This document shows positions 13,156-25,790 of a stretch of 64,000 bases of DNA, in pieces. A program made the translations under genes and the position numbers. Positions within the stretch are counted from its first letter, which is position 1. Each line of letters begins with the position of its first letter. Source of the stretch: Phallusia mammillata (taxonomy: Eukaryota); assembly GCA_965637545.1 (NCBI GenBank), contig OZ281500.1:9238001-9302000 (forward strand). Direction: 5' to 3'. The notes below the pieces were generated by a model. It saw only the letters and a program-made list of their open reading frames with translations. It was not told the origin of the DNA and ran no database searches.

Positions 13156-15880
13156 ATGTTTCCAAGATCGAAACACAAGTCACCAGAGCACAGAAATGCA
13201 CAACAGTGCAGCGATAATGCTGAAGTACCGAAGTATTACGACTTCAGTAACTTAGAACCGATCAATGAACTGACGAGGGGGCGATTTGGCAGTGGAACCT
13301 TACTGGTGTATGACTGGTGCGAACAAACCAACTTTGTTGCCAAGCGTGTTTCGAAACTAAACCGGACTGCATGGAATCAAGAAATCCAAACCTATTTGCG
13401 CCTAAGCGCCTCACGTTATTTCGTGAAGTTTCTTGGTACTCTTCCATCTTCGACGCATTGCTTTCAGTTTCTAATGGAACACGTGATGGACGGAAACTTG
13501 TTCGATTTGGTGGTTCCCAATGTCGGATTGCCAGATCAGGCTTGCAAGCACATCGTGATGCAGGTGAACAAATGCCACGGGTCGTATGTCATAAACACAT
13601 CTCAAGTTTTGCAAATGCCGAAATGCTTTTGTGCAATATTAATAATAGCAGCAATTCTTCAAAAAAATGTGTTTGATATCACCCACTTAGCCCAATTGAC
13701 AAACCTTTACATGAAAGGACATCAAGGCTGTAAACAGAATTAAGTCATGAATATAAAAGGGTGGCTTTAAAATCTATTTAAAATGCAATGCACAACTACA
13801 TTAATACACTTCTGTTATATCGGGCAAAACGATTAAAACTGAAGAGTATTGGTTTACTCTGCTTTTTATATAGTTAGGTATTTTGTTTGATAACTTTGAG
13901 AAACCAGCGTAAAGAATATTTGTCATACTAACGCTATAAACGTATTTAAAATGACTCAAGCCGTGGCCCCTTAAAAGTATATTTTAGGCCTGGTGGACCC
14001 CTTTTAATGACAATGTAAGATCTGTGGTCCCCTGCAAACTCGTGTAAAATATGGTATTATTTCGGATTTAAACAAGTTAAATAGAGTAAACAACAAACTG
14101 TAAACGTGACAAACCTTAATATGGATAAAGAGTGTTAGGGAGTAAATATATTTGCAGCATACACTCAATTCTGCGCATTATAAAAGAACATGACTTATTG
14201 ATTTTCGTGGATGCTTCTGGTGAGGCTACACCCGTGGCCGCCCGGAATACAGCACGTGGCCTCCTTGGAGGGGGGCGAGGGCCCCGGTTGAGAACCATTG
14301 GACTAGAGTTTATGTCTAGTTGAAATTGTTTACTGAAAAAAGCGCACTTGAGTGCAACTAACTAAATTCAGTTGCATTTTATCACCAATTTATTGACAAA
14401 TTAATGAACCTTAAAGTAATTTTACAGCTACGAGATGCGCTTGAGTATCTACACAACAAACTGAAGATAATCCATGGAAATTTGTGCCCGCATCATGTTC
14501 TCATATCGTCGATGACTCATTGCCACATCAAGTTGTGCAGTTTCTCCAAATCGCACCCCATTGGCGCCTGCGTAAAGAAAAATGTGAAAAAGGGACGTGC
14601 TCATTTGCCCCCGGGAAGCGCTGCGGAGAGTTTAAAACGACTCCGTTCGTTTCTTAAACATCGCACTTCGTCACTAACTTCTAACGATCTTCATTCTTTG
14701 TCCTCAAGCGAGGTACAAAATAATGCATTAAACAAAGTTTTTTGCGCAAAACACTGTACCGAATAACATAAGGTATTTACTTTTTAGTCTACATGGAGCC
14801 CACGGTCAAATCGCCAGACTCCAACGTCAGAGCGCAGAAGACACTCTGTACTTCCGATCCAAAGCTCCGCCGACGATGAACTCCAAGCCGAAGTGCACGA
14901 GTACACAGTACTGGACATAAAACGTGAAATTTCGTCTGAGATATTCTCCAATGCCTTTACAGCTCCTGAGCTCATCAACGCCAGTCGTTACATTGCTTCT
15001 CCTGCCTCGGACAATTGGTCATTGGCTATTCTGGCTGTTTACATAATGACGGGAACTACACCGTGGGAAAATGCGTCGGTCGATAATGCCAAGTATACAA
15101 CATTCATTCGTTCCACGCGTCGCTCGCACAGCTTAAGTCCCATGCTGTCGTCCAAGGTGAAAAGCCGGCATTCGCTATGGAGTGCCAAGCGATCTTTGTC
15201 GCTGACCAGTGTGTTCAGTACGTTTCGAATGTGGGGAGGACGCGATCGCATACTCACAGTGGCCTTCGAGAAAAAAATTATCGAAATCCTTCAGACCGAC
15301 CCAACATCGAGGTAAGCTTAAGTTTTAAATTGTTTAACCAGCTTCGATACGTAATTAGGGCAAATCTTAACTCCTTTATCTTCCAAAGCTATTTTAATTT
15401 TCGAAATTTCTTTGAATGCCACATATTGCTAAGTATATTGAAGTGCAAATCAAATGCACCTCACTAATAATATTGAAATGAAAAGCTGCCTTGATCATGC
15501 TGTAAGCAAAAACGCACTCTACGATGATGATAACATAAAACAGAAGCATCGGCCCGAAATCGATGCCAATTGAATTTCCTGTCATTCGATTGACGTTGAA
15601 ACACAGAAGTCCGGATTTATAAGGATTGTTTCTTCCTGTATCTATTCAAATATATTTTGGAATAATATATATGACCTGATATATATATATATGTTGCGAA
15701 TGAGACCTTTGTTCACCTGCTGTTGATGTACCAATGTCATGTGCTGCGTTTCAATTGTTTTGCAGACAAAGCCTCAACCTCCCAGACGAATGGTTTACGC
15801 GAAAATGGGGATTTAACACACAAAAATGGTCAAATTACCAAGACCGCTTTTTCGACGAAACATGGATGAAAAATAGTTAG
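13156..15880 (+). CDS. SBK (SH3-binding kinase)-family protein kinase-like protein, predicted pseudokinase, 443 aa
   Basis: Exons 13156-13563, 14428-14712, 14788-15311, 15766-15880 (1332 nt, in frame). GNLFDLVVPNVGLPDQACKHIVMQLRDALEYLH parallels recalled SBK1 [58 protein letters not shown] and LQTDPTSR mark subdomains VIII, IX and XI. The catalytic loop reads HGNLCPHH and the DFG position reads SFS. Confidence 0.85.
13950..14300. mobile_element. One-ended hAT MITE remnant in kinase intron 1
   Basis: Right TIR-like GGTTGAGAACCATTG ends at 14300, with GGCCCC/GGACCCC subterminal motifs upstream. Left end and TSD not found, so the left boundary is approximate. Confidence 0.4.
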
Positions 15881-16469
15881 GAGATTTTTTAAAAAACTTT
15901 TTGGAATTTTTTTTTTTCAACGGGCTATGCGCCGGTGGTGCTGCACTCATCACTGGGGCTGCACTATATGGGCATTATGGCTATTCCTAGGGCTTTGGGA
16001 TGTGCGTCATAACAAACGTTTAACTGACACGAGGCACATGAAAAGCTGCGGCAGCTGTTAAAAAACGGAAGGTAAAGGAGAAATTAAACACAAGACTGGA
16101 TTTTATTTTAACCAGCGTCGATCAATAAACCAGGCGATTCTGAGGCATGTGTTTTGCCCTGCTATATTTGTAAACAAGTGCTTTTACATTGCAATCTACG
16201 TGTTGAATAGTTGATTTACCACATTGCATGTACATTTGTGACCTGTTAATCGCCCGACCTGAGAGAATGCAACAAATTTAAGAACACCACAATATTTATT
16301 CAATTTTTAATATTAAAAAATAACAAATTATGTCAACGAAGAACGAAGTGCTCCAAATTGTGTTAGACTTTTTTGACAAACACAAACTCAGTATTAAAGT
16401 GGTAAATACAATTTAATAAAGATAAACATTTAAAGAAAAGTCAAGCCTGGTCTGTGAACATTTCAAATG

Positions 16470-19400
16470 CTACATGTTCTGGTACAACGGTTTGTCTTCT
16501 TCTTTTTCATAAAACTTCGGGTTTTCAATCCTGGTTGTTGCACGTTCGTGAAGAGGATTGTCGCCCTAAAAACAAAAAAGTAAATAAACCGTTGTAGTTT
16601 GTGGACTAATTTCCGAACAACAGAAACAACAGTGAAGGTCAATTTGGGCTCGGGTACATTATAGCGTTGAAAGGCCATGTCTACACAAACAGCAGTAGGT
16701 AGCCTAAATAGTTCAGGGGATATACAGGTAAGTTACACAGGGTTTGAATTACAAGTTGCGTTTAATTTGAGGTAATTTAAATACGTTAACAGCAATTATG
16801 TTGCATTTAACCGAACGAATATCAAATCATGAGTAGGTCGGACCGGGTTTTTAGGGCCGGGTTCGTGCTTAGGATTTTTTTACAAACCTCGTAGGACCCT
16901 GAATTCACATCATGTGTCCGTAAAAAAATTACCTGGCTATAAGTAGCTAGTTGCTGGACTTAATCTAATGTTCAATGGTCCTAAAAAAGGGGTTCTTAAA
17001 CTTTTTCGGTCGTGCCCCACTTGACACTATTTATTTATTCTCACGCCCCCCTTAATGTGCTGCGCCCCCTTGCGAACCATTCCCTGGGGGGGGGGGGGGG
17101 GGGGGGGGGGCAGTTTAAGAACCCCTGTCCTAAAACGTCATGTTTAAGCCATTATCTGTTATTGTTCAGTGTGTATGTCTTTTTATATGATTAAACCTGT
17201 GAATCCAACTTTCGGACTGCAACGGGCTAAAAAAATAATCGGGTCGAATTTCCGACCCGCTTAAAAAAACTCTGAACCTAAACATAGCGAAAAATGTTTC
17301 TGTCAAACACTGGTAATTCAATAAATTTAAGACGCCAAATAATTCACCTGGGTCCACTTTTGTTTGTCAAGTTCACTTTGGAATTTTTCCCATTCCCGTC
17401 GATCCCACCGATTTTTGAGAAACTTCCAAACGATCAAGCCAATAATGCCAAGAACGATTACACCACCAACCGCAGGCAGGACAACCACAAGATAGTCGAA
17501 CGTTGGGCAGTCTAAAACACAAAACCAGTCAAACATTTGGAAGTTTGGTTGTGTGGTGTTAGAAAACCCAAATTTGTGGAAAATTTCCGGCGTTTTGGAC
17601 AGTGTGATTGCGTTTTGTCGACGGAAATAAACAGGTGGTATTTGGCTTTGGGATGTGCGCAATAACAAACGTATAACAAACAGTCACACAATCAATAAAG
17701 TTTTAAACCGCAAAAATAAATTGTTCAAAGAAAACTATCAAAAGGACACACATACACATGTTCGACCAAGTACTAATTGGGTCATAGTGCACTAGTCACA
17801 TGATTTCTTGCTTTTTGGGGGGAAAACTTACTCAATGTGTGATGGCAAAGTACGCACTCACAATAAAACGTTTTTAGTTATGTCCGCGTCACAACATTTT
17901 TTAAAGTGTTGATTGCTTGAACACTAAACAGTACTAGTAATAAAGAAACAAGCTGTAGCTGCCAGTCATAAAGTATGAACAAAGTATACATTTGCTCTTC
18001 CAGCAGTGTAATCATGAACAACCGTAGAACTTTATATATAAGGCGTCTCGCATGACCCCAATACCGTGAAGGACTTCGAAGCAGAAAAGTTTCAAACAAG
18101 ATATGAGAAACAAACCTTCGGTCTGACTTTGCTGAACGAAAAGATAATAACCATTTAAATCTTTGTTCCACGTGATCTTGTATTTTACTGCACAGTTATT
18201 AGCATCCGTAGTGTTACAGTCTTTGGACGGGAAAATGACTCTAAAATCATATAATATATTTTTTACCATTCGGTGTTTAAACGTGCCTGCTTTTTATCCA
18301 ATTGGCAGAAAATTCCTGAAGGATTTCTGTGGTCACTTAGGGCCGGCAATTTCAATTTCAAATTTAAAAAGCTGCAACGCTACAGACTTAATAATGTCAA
18401 TGTGATTATAAAATTAATAGCCAGAAAATCGATCGTCAAAGTTAAGAAGAATATTTTATGGGTATTTATGTTGTGACATTATACTCAACTAAACCTGTGT
18501 TTCTTATGCGAAATTTAAGGGTAATTCATAGAAGGGCCCACAAATACAAAATCAGCTTTTCGACAGCAAAACGGTGTTAAACATGCGAAAAAAATAAACA
18601 AGTAACTATACTTACTCGTCGTTTTGACGACATGCCATACAACCCGCATCAAGGTTATAATTTTCACACAAACTACAATCAGGAAGAAGTCCCAGTCTTA
18701 TAAAGTTGATCCCAATATCCTGACATTCTTGCTGACAAAGTGTTGTTCCTTGCTGCGAAATTCACTACTGTAAACTCAGAATGTCGTGTTGTCTTAGGGC
18801 AGTGCAGGTTGTTTAAAGTGGGCGTCAGCGCCCCTTTGAAGGCGTGTGCAATCAGTTGGGTAGTGCCGAGAAATACTTGGACACTTGGACAATAAGCATG
18901 AACAATTTGGTCAAATGTTTTCATTATATTAGCATTTTTTTTGATAAAACCGGTGTATATGCGTTCTTTAATCAATCAGCTAAAAAGGTTTGAGAAACCT
19001 GTTTTAGGCAAACCGCGCCGCGCATACTCTTGTTGGTGAACCTTTAATTCTTTAAAAGAAAGACGGTTATATAGGTACATATAAACAAAAACAATTGTTG
19101 TCTCTGTTCAAAGAAAAAGGGAACTTGAATATTTACTTAATCTAAAAGTTAACAAGATAAATAGGCATACACTGGTCATTTTAAACTGACGTAGAGACTA
19201 AAATCATATTTTATCGCCTTGCAACAATAATGGTTACCGTTCCGTAAACACAAATGGCACATTTTTCCACATCACCACCACATGTTCCTTCAATTTTGTT
19301 ACAAGACGGATGGACGCAGGTGTCGCAGTGAGTGCCAGCCCAAACCTGATAAAAGTGGCAAGTAATAAAACTTTAACTGAAGGAAACATGAACAGCACCA

Positions 19401-22400
19401 TTGACAAGACAAGCGGTAATAGCTTTTCGTGGATCTTCGCAAAATTAACAATAAAGATTTTGCCAAAAATATATACTTACATGCAACCGTTTCCACATAC
19501 GGTTTTAACGTTAAGCATACAATTGAATATCTGCCGGCTAGAACGATAAGTGTTTCAAAAAGCAACTAGTTTTATGCGCTCGAGTGGCACCCAACTTGCA
19601 TCTCAGCCAAGAAAAATGTTTATGCCGTCAGTTTCTGCATTTTAAAGCCTACCTTGCTGTTAGAGCATGAGCAGGAATGACAGTTGCAATCGCCTCGACC
19701 AGCACACAGTTGTTCATCTGTAGACACTGCTTTACACAAATTATCGTTGCACAGGCACAGACCCCCTACATTTTGATACCAACCAGAAGCAGCGTTGCAA
19801 ATACACGTCTGGTTGTCATAGCAATGATGACATTCGCCGTTTGAAGAACCTGGATAATTGGAAGTTGGATTAAATTGCTAAGGCGAAGCACTTTTGTGTT
19901 TTACCTCCACAAACAGCTCCGTCGATGCTAGGACAACCGGTGTTAGCACACTCGCAAAATTTGCCAGAAAAGCCTGGTTCACAAATACATTCACCGCAGT
20001 CGCATTTTCCTCTTTCACTGTTAAACAATTTGACTAGAAAATTGTTTCATAATTGACACCCATTACAAGTTTCACTTACTGGCATAGGGAAGTGGGGCCG
20101 CCAGAGACTAAGGGTTGAGTATCAGTGCATTGCCCAATCAGCTCGCTGTTGGTTTTATTGGTCTCGCATTGACACACAGAACCGCCGCGGCCGTTGAAGC
20201 AATCGCAGAGTCCGCACTGCGTACGATAAAGATTGTATCAGACCAGCATATATGTGGAAATTTGTTATTGCTTTGGTGTTCGTTTGGACAAAATTGCAAC
20301 CAAATTTAAAACGAGATAATAGGTTTCTCACATCACATGCTTGAAAGCCAGTTGGGTAAATGGCTGACTAGCAACAGCTTTTCAAGCAATGAAAAGGAAG
20401 TGTAGGTTTTTTTTATAGATTTATGCATGTATACGTAGTGTTTTGGTACAAACTGACGCCTGCGCCAAGGCGGATATTGCGTTGCTTTGAGATCTGTAGA
20501 CATGAGGTCAAAAAACAAACTAACGTCATTGACGTCAGATAGTTTTTGTGGAGGGCTTGCACATGCCTACACGTTTGGTATGGCGGCTTTATTGGATTGG
20601 TTTACTAATCGTAGTCCATCAAGAGTAAAAAAGGTTTTTGTGTGAAACAAAACATTAGAAAACATGCTGTTGGTTAGCGCCATCGCCTAATGCTCAGAAG
20701 GTCGAGGTTTAGGAGCAAAAAACCTAAGCGTTATTTTGCAAACCTTGAGAAACCTGATGCGATGAAATCAAAATTTTACTTGGTAAAAACATTTCAAATT
20801 ATCCATAGGACTTGCAAAGAGACGTGCTTGCTTGACGACAACATTGCTTAGCCAATCGAAGATAAGACAAGCAGACAGATCCCAACAATTTTTAGCAGCA
20901 GTGTCATTGAGCAATATCGAAAACAACTATAGCGGAAAGTTTGCATACAACTGTGAGCGACGTCGGGGTTAAGTTTTTATTAGCGGGTTTGATTCGGGTC
21001 TGGCTTTACAAACGGTTGCATTCATGTGCAGTGTTTTTTTAAGGTGTTTTGGGGGACCGAAACGGTCCCCCAAATTTCTCCAGCGGTTTCCCAAAATTTG
21101 GACTTGCAACTACAACTACAGTTTTTGGTATTTAAATGAACACTTGCGGTCTCTTAAAACTACTTAGCGGTCACCCAAACCAAACCATAAAAAAAACCTG
21201 TTCATGTGGTAATGTCATCTTATGCTTTTGGATTACAGCTTTCTGTTTATCAAAACAAGACAATGGTCCTTATTTTTCACCTTTAAGTTCCCTTGTCCAC
21301 TGCATTCATTGTCGCTGAACAAAGGGCGTTCACAGTCACACTCACATAAGTACTCTGAAATCGTTGTAAATCAACAATGTAAGTTAGTTCCCGGAATAAT
21401 CAGCGAAATATAAAGAGACTTACCAATACCGATCTTCACTACGTCAGGAATAATATCCGAACCAATGGTAATAGTGTCGACCTGAGTCTTGTTGGTTGGG
21501 CACGACTTTGCTTTAATTTCAAACTGGAAAACTACCTAAACGCGATTTTCAGTATTAACAGTGTGGAATACCTAAGTTAAATGAAAAGTGTGGTGATGTT
21601 TTCGCAATCAACACGTTGCGACAAAAAATCAAACCTCTTGAGGAATAGACACATTGTTGCACTGCAATGTATTTTCTGCCCATGTGGCCGAGTCGGGACA
21701 GAGGACTCTGTACTTTAAGTCAATTGATGGGGGTGCTGTAGGGATGGTCAAGCTGAATCTACTGCGTATTGCCTGTGAGATATTTGCAGTATGGTTGCGA
21801 AATCAAAATGCTTTGGCATTACAGGTTCTTTAAGCACTTACGTTGTAAGATTCTCCAATTAAATTTACGATGTTAGAGGAGTCGTTTGCGAGATACTGAA
21901 CAACTGCGTTCGGCAGGACTTTTGGTAAATCCTACAGAGTAAAAAAATGCGTTAAATTGCACACAAGTCCATCGTTCCAGACTGCGAAACAAACCCTGAA
22001 AATGTGTGTTGAACCGCTTACCTTGTAAACCTCGTAGACATCCCGATGAACGGCAAAAATCGTTTGAATTTTGGATTGCGAAAAAGCTTCGCGCAATTGT
22101 CCGATAGAAGGATAATCTTGTGCTACGGTTTCCGTATAATGGTAAACTTCACTTTCGTTGTTTATCTAAAGTGACAAAATATTAGGTGACATTTGAAATT
22201 GCAAATTATTTAGATGCGTACCTTTTCCAAGTGACAGGACATGTCGTTCGGCTTCAGCAAACCAATAAGAGCCCCATCCAATGCTTGATGGAATGCAGCG
22301 TCAGTAGACAATACAACCACCCGCAGCGATTCCTTTCTCCACTTTATCACATCCTGTAAACAAGATTACGCTTTCATATTCGTAATTATATTGCAAAAAG

Positions 22401-24405
22401 TCTGAATCTTTAGTTGGACGAATTTACATACATAAACATACAAGGCATGATAAAGAAAAACTGTCTAAAAAATCGACGGTATTGGCCTGTGTGCAGTGGT
22501 GGGATTCGGCCGGTTTTACCGGTTTTATAGAACCGTCTCGCGAAGTTTTATGAGATCAGCGAACCGGTTAGCATTACTGGTTACTGTCAATGGACTTTTT
22601 TTATCAGAACCGGCTGAAAAATATGACTTTTGTGATAGAACCGGCTGACGAAAAATTTGTATCCCACCGCTGCCTGTCTATAATAAAGCAATGATAGGAT
22701 GGCATTTATCTTTGATCTGATTTGAATAAAACTTGTACCTGACAAACCGCAATTTGCATCAAGGCATCAAACCCTCCTTCTGGTCGATCGATGTTAGCAG
22801 AAATCCTTGTGTCATTTAATGCTTGTTGAAATTTGTTGCTGTCGGGCGTAATTGACAACTGATGGTGGAATCCGAATGTTGTTTGGCAATTGCTGGTTCC
22901 ACAGGCCGCTGCAAGCCTGTCATTCAACAGAAAGTGCTTTATGCAAGGTGCCACCTTCATATCCAACATTTAATGGAGAAATTACATATATCCTCACAAC
23001 ATTGGAGACCTCTGCCTTTCGTAACAATAAATTACATCAAAATAGGCTAAATAACATTGTAAAGCATATTTCAGATATTTTAAAGACATTTGTTACCAAT
23101 TAAATAATCCAAGATCAGTAGCCTATTGTTGACTTGTGCCGGCATTTTTTGCCCTGGTTCTTTTAGAGACAGTACAGTCTTGGAATAGTCCGATTTTCGA
23201 AAAGTCGAACAGTCTAACAGTTTGTCAGCACAATTAACCTACACTCTACCAGTTGGGGTCTTTCGTAGCGAAGGGTAGAATTGTCTTGTCGACAAAACTT
23301 CCAAACGCCACTTGGACGTTGTCAGTCACTCTCGCTCGAATGTTGGGCACAATCGTACTTCCGACGCTCTGCAATACAAAAAGACGAAATTTTTATAAAT
23401 ACAAAAAGACGAAAGAAATTATGGCAACACTTTTTTGCAAACGTGAAAAAACTTCCAATGACGTTGCAGAAAAAAAACACTGTCTAAAAAGTACACTTTA
23501 CCCGCACTTACTGTAAGCATTTGCAAGTCGTCATGCATTGATTGAGACAGGTCCATCAAATAGTACAGATCAAGGGGGTAGTCCACAAGTTTCCGAAAGG
23601 TAATGTTAATCTTTTGACTTTCGCCTGGTACCAAACACAATGTGTTCAATCACAACAAGTGCTTTAATCGAGATTCGTATTAACTTACCCAAGCGTAGCT
23701 TTGCCTTGGTCAACTGTGGTTTCAGTTGAACCTGGTTTAGGCCATTCACAGTTGTGTTAAACATGTGATTGATTTCAGGTTTCGAGTAGCTGATGGGATT
23801 AATCGTTAGATTAGTGGAACACATTTTCTCGTTTTCCCTGTAATAAGGTACCTAATGCGTCAATCAGATGTTTGTTGGATACTGATCATAAACTTACAAA
23901 ATTGATTGACATCTTGACGATTCTGTAAAGTTGGATATTTGTTCGCACCATGAACAACCAGGTGTTCGGATACATTCTTCACAAGTGCTTTTACCAACGC
24001 AAGCTCCATGCGCTACAAAAAAACACACGATATTATGTCTACATATTTTTCACGTACAGACATGGAGTAGCTTTGAATAGAATGTTTGTCGCTTGTGTTT
24101 GGACTCGAATTAAGTTTTAAAGAACGACTCTGTTTTCTAAGAACCCAAGTAGGCTCTTAATTCAAGTTCTCATCGAAGGGCACCTTTAAATGTACATTTG
24201 ATGTAAAGAATTTCAAAAACACGTGCAAGGCTATCAACAATACACAACATTCGAAAGCAATACACGAACTTCAATTACTCTGGTTGACGTAATATCTTAA
24301 ACATTTAGAATACAAAAAGTTGAGAATTAGAGAAAGTTATGAATACAAAAACCTGTACTTACCAAGCGCCAGACACTGCAGCAAAATGACCAAAAATAAC
24401 CTCAT
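16470..24405 (-). CDS. Integrin beta subunit, 827 aa, 20 exons
   Basis: Exons 24405-24363, 24012-23898, 23837-23689, 23624-23512, 23368-23250, 22916-22739, 22353-22222, 22165-22022, 21931-21842, 21772-21635, 21535-21424, 21354-21281, 20216-20080, 20017-19905, 19849-19653, 19345-19238, 18752-18616, 18240-18116, 17511-17348, 16565-16470 (2484 nt). Signal peptide, PSI ([13 protein letters not shown]), beta-I domain ([63 protein letters not shown]), four Cys-rich I-EGF repeats, beta-tail, TM helix and DRREWEKF membrane-proximal tail. The paralog cannot be assigned from sequence alone. Confidence 0.95.
16987..17127. mobile_element. Short hAT Buster-type MITE (141 bp) carrying a G25 tract, in the last integrin intron
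   Basis: Ends AAGGGGTTCTTAAACT / AGTTTAAGAACCCCTG. Perfect 8-bp TSD tcctaaaa at 16979-16986 and 17128-17135. Poly-G at 17086-17110. Confidence 0.85.
22494..22672. mobile_element. CAGTGGTGG-family MITE in an integrin intron
   Basis: CAGTGGTGGGATT...GTATCCCACCGCTG. AGAACCGGCTGA repeats. Flanks cctgtgtg/cctgtcta partly matching. Homologous to 9649-9784. Confidence 0.75.
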
Positions 24406-25022
24406 GTCTCTTTAAAAATGATTTCTAAAAAATGACTTCTAGAATGTTTAACCCTCTCTGTGAAATATACACTGGAAGTCTATCCAAAAACCACTGTGGC
24501 GCAACTGATTGTGTCACAAGGTTTTCCGGTGACAGAGCATAGGTGGGTGGGTGCAAAACGCATGACGCTGCATCGACAAAGCTAGCCGACCTGTTGACTG
24601 GCCATTCTGTTTTCCTTATTTATCTGTAAAGCGTGGAACTTTGCGCAATCACACGGGAATCCGGTGCTTTGTTAACATCCTCGCTTTCTTCCAGTAGTAA
24701 ACACAATTTCCAAAATATATGTCGTTGGGTAAGCAAACCAGCATTACCTAATAGGACACCAGGTTATATACAATTAAAGCACTGTAACGCAATCTGGTTT
24801 GTCAGTAATTGGAACTTAGGTCTGCAAACATCAAGTTTTCATGAAATTGAATTTTACTTCATCTCACTGGAGTTTTACTGGCTAAAACAATTCATTACAA
24901 AATAGATACAAACAGACTTTTACAAGTACCTAGGCCATAAAAATATCAGTGATGCAATACATATAAAATTTGCATATATTGCACAATACAGTAACTTTGT
25001 GTAATGATTCAATATCAATGCT

Positions 25023-25752
25023 TTACAATTGGAAGTGTAGTGTCAAATCTTCTCCAAATTTATTAGTTTTAGGTGCAGGTAGGGGCTCCAGCGATTGTAG
25101 ATCCATTTCTGAGAGTGTTGAGCCTAAAGTGCTGTGGAGTTGCAATGCACAAACATGAAAGTAAAAGTGCATGTTATATTTTTTCACACATACTTACCTG
25201 CAGGTGCAATACAACAAATGCCCATCTTGGTGAAGTTGTTTTGCTAACTCAAACTGGTGATTGTCCATTAATTTCTCATTTACCACTACCACTAGAGGTT
25301 TTCTGGCCCCAAGAACTTCTAGACATGTTCCAGCACCTGTATAAAATGGAAGTAGATTTTATACTACAAAAATATTCAAAATACATTTTAGGTTTCAATT
25401 TTATCACAAACTTAATTTCTCCTTACAACCCCAAACATTTAATGAGCTGTTTCATGCCTGCATGGCTGATCACCAAATCTGCATTGGTTATGTCTCCAGA
25501 AATCGAATCTTTGTATCTGTAACCGTTGATTTTTAGTCCTGCAGTGTTACATTCTTTCACTTGATGGTGTCCCCTGCCATATTGTACCAGAAGAGATGAG
25601 TATGATTTTGTTTCCAGAATCTGTTGCACATTATGTTATGTCGGGTACAAGGTAAGTTCATACAGGACCATTACCTTTAAAATTGGTTCACTTGTAACCA
25701 ATTCAGTCAATTCATCAAATGATGTGGTCCCAACAGTGACAAATACTGACAT
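25023..25752 (-). CDS. ALG13: UDP-N-acetylglucosamine transferase catalytic subunit ALG13 (short GT28-only form, 162 aa)
   Basis: Exons 25752-25675, 25620-25458, 25336-25198, 25131-25023 (489 nt). Motifs [60 protein letters not shown] and [11 protein letters not shown] match recalled ALG13. Intron 2 has a GC donor. Confidence 0.95.
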
Positions 25753-25790
25753 GAAGCAAATTTCAGTGGTCCTAAATGATACACTATTGT

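Noticed and set aside
15157-15218. Possible 62-nt intron (AAG|GTGAAA...TTCAG) in kinase exon 3
   Set aside because: Removing it shifts the frame and loses the subdomain XI-like LQTDPTSR. Read-through is open and fits the fold.
17086-17110. G25 tract as a functional G-quadruplex
   Set aside because: It lies inside a short MITE, and homopolymer length is unreliable in assemblies.
15991-17672. 29-bp near-identical sequence at 15991-16019 and 17644-17672
   Set aside because: Most likely small fragments of a dispersed repeat. There are no termini or TSD to define an element.
19481-19530. Candidate extra Cys-containing integrin exon ([16 protein letters not shown])
   Set aside because: It ends in phase 2 and breaks the model. 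Exon 19849-19653 joins 19345-19238 directly in phase 0 with a normal I-EGF4 pattern.
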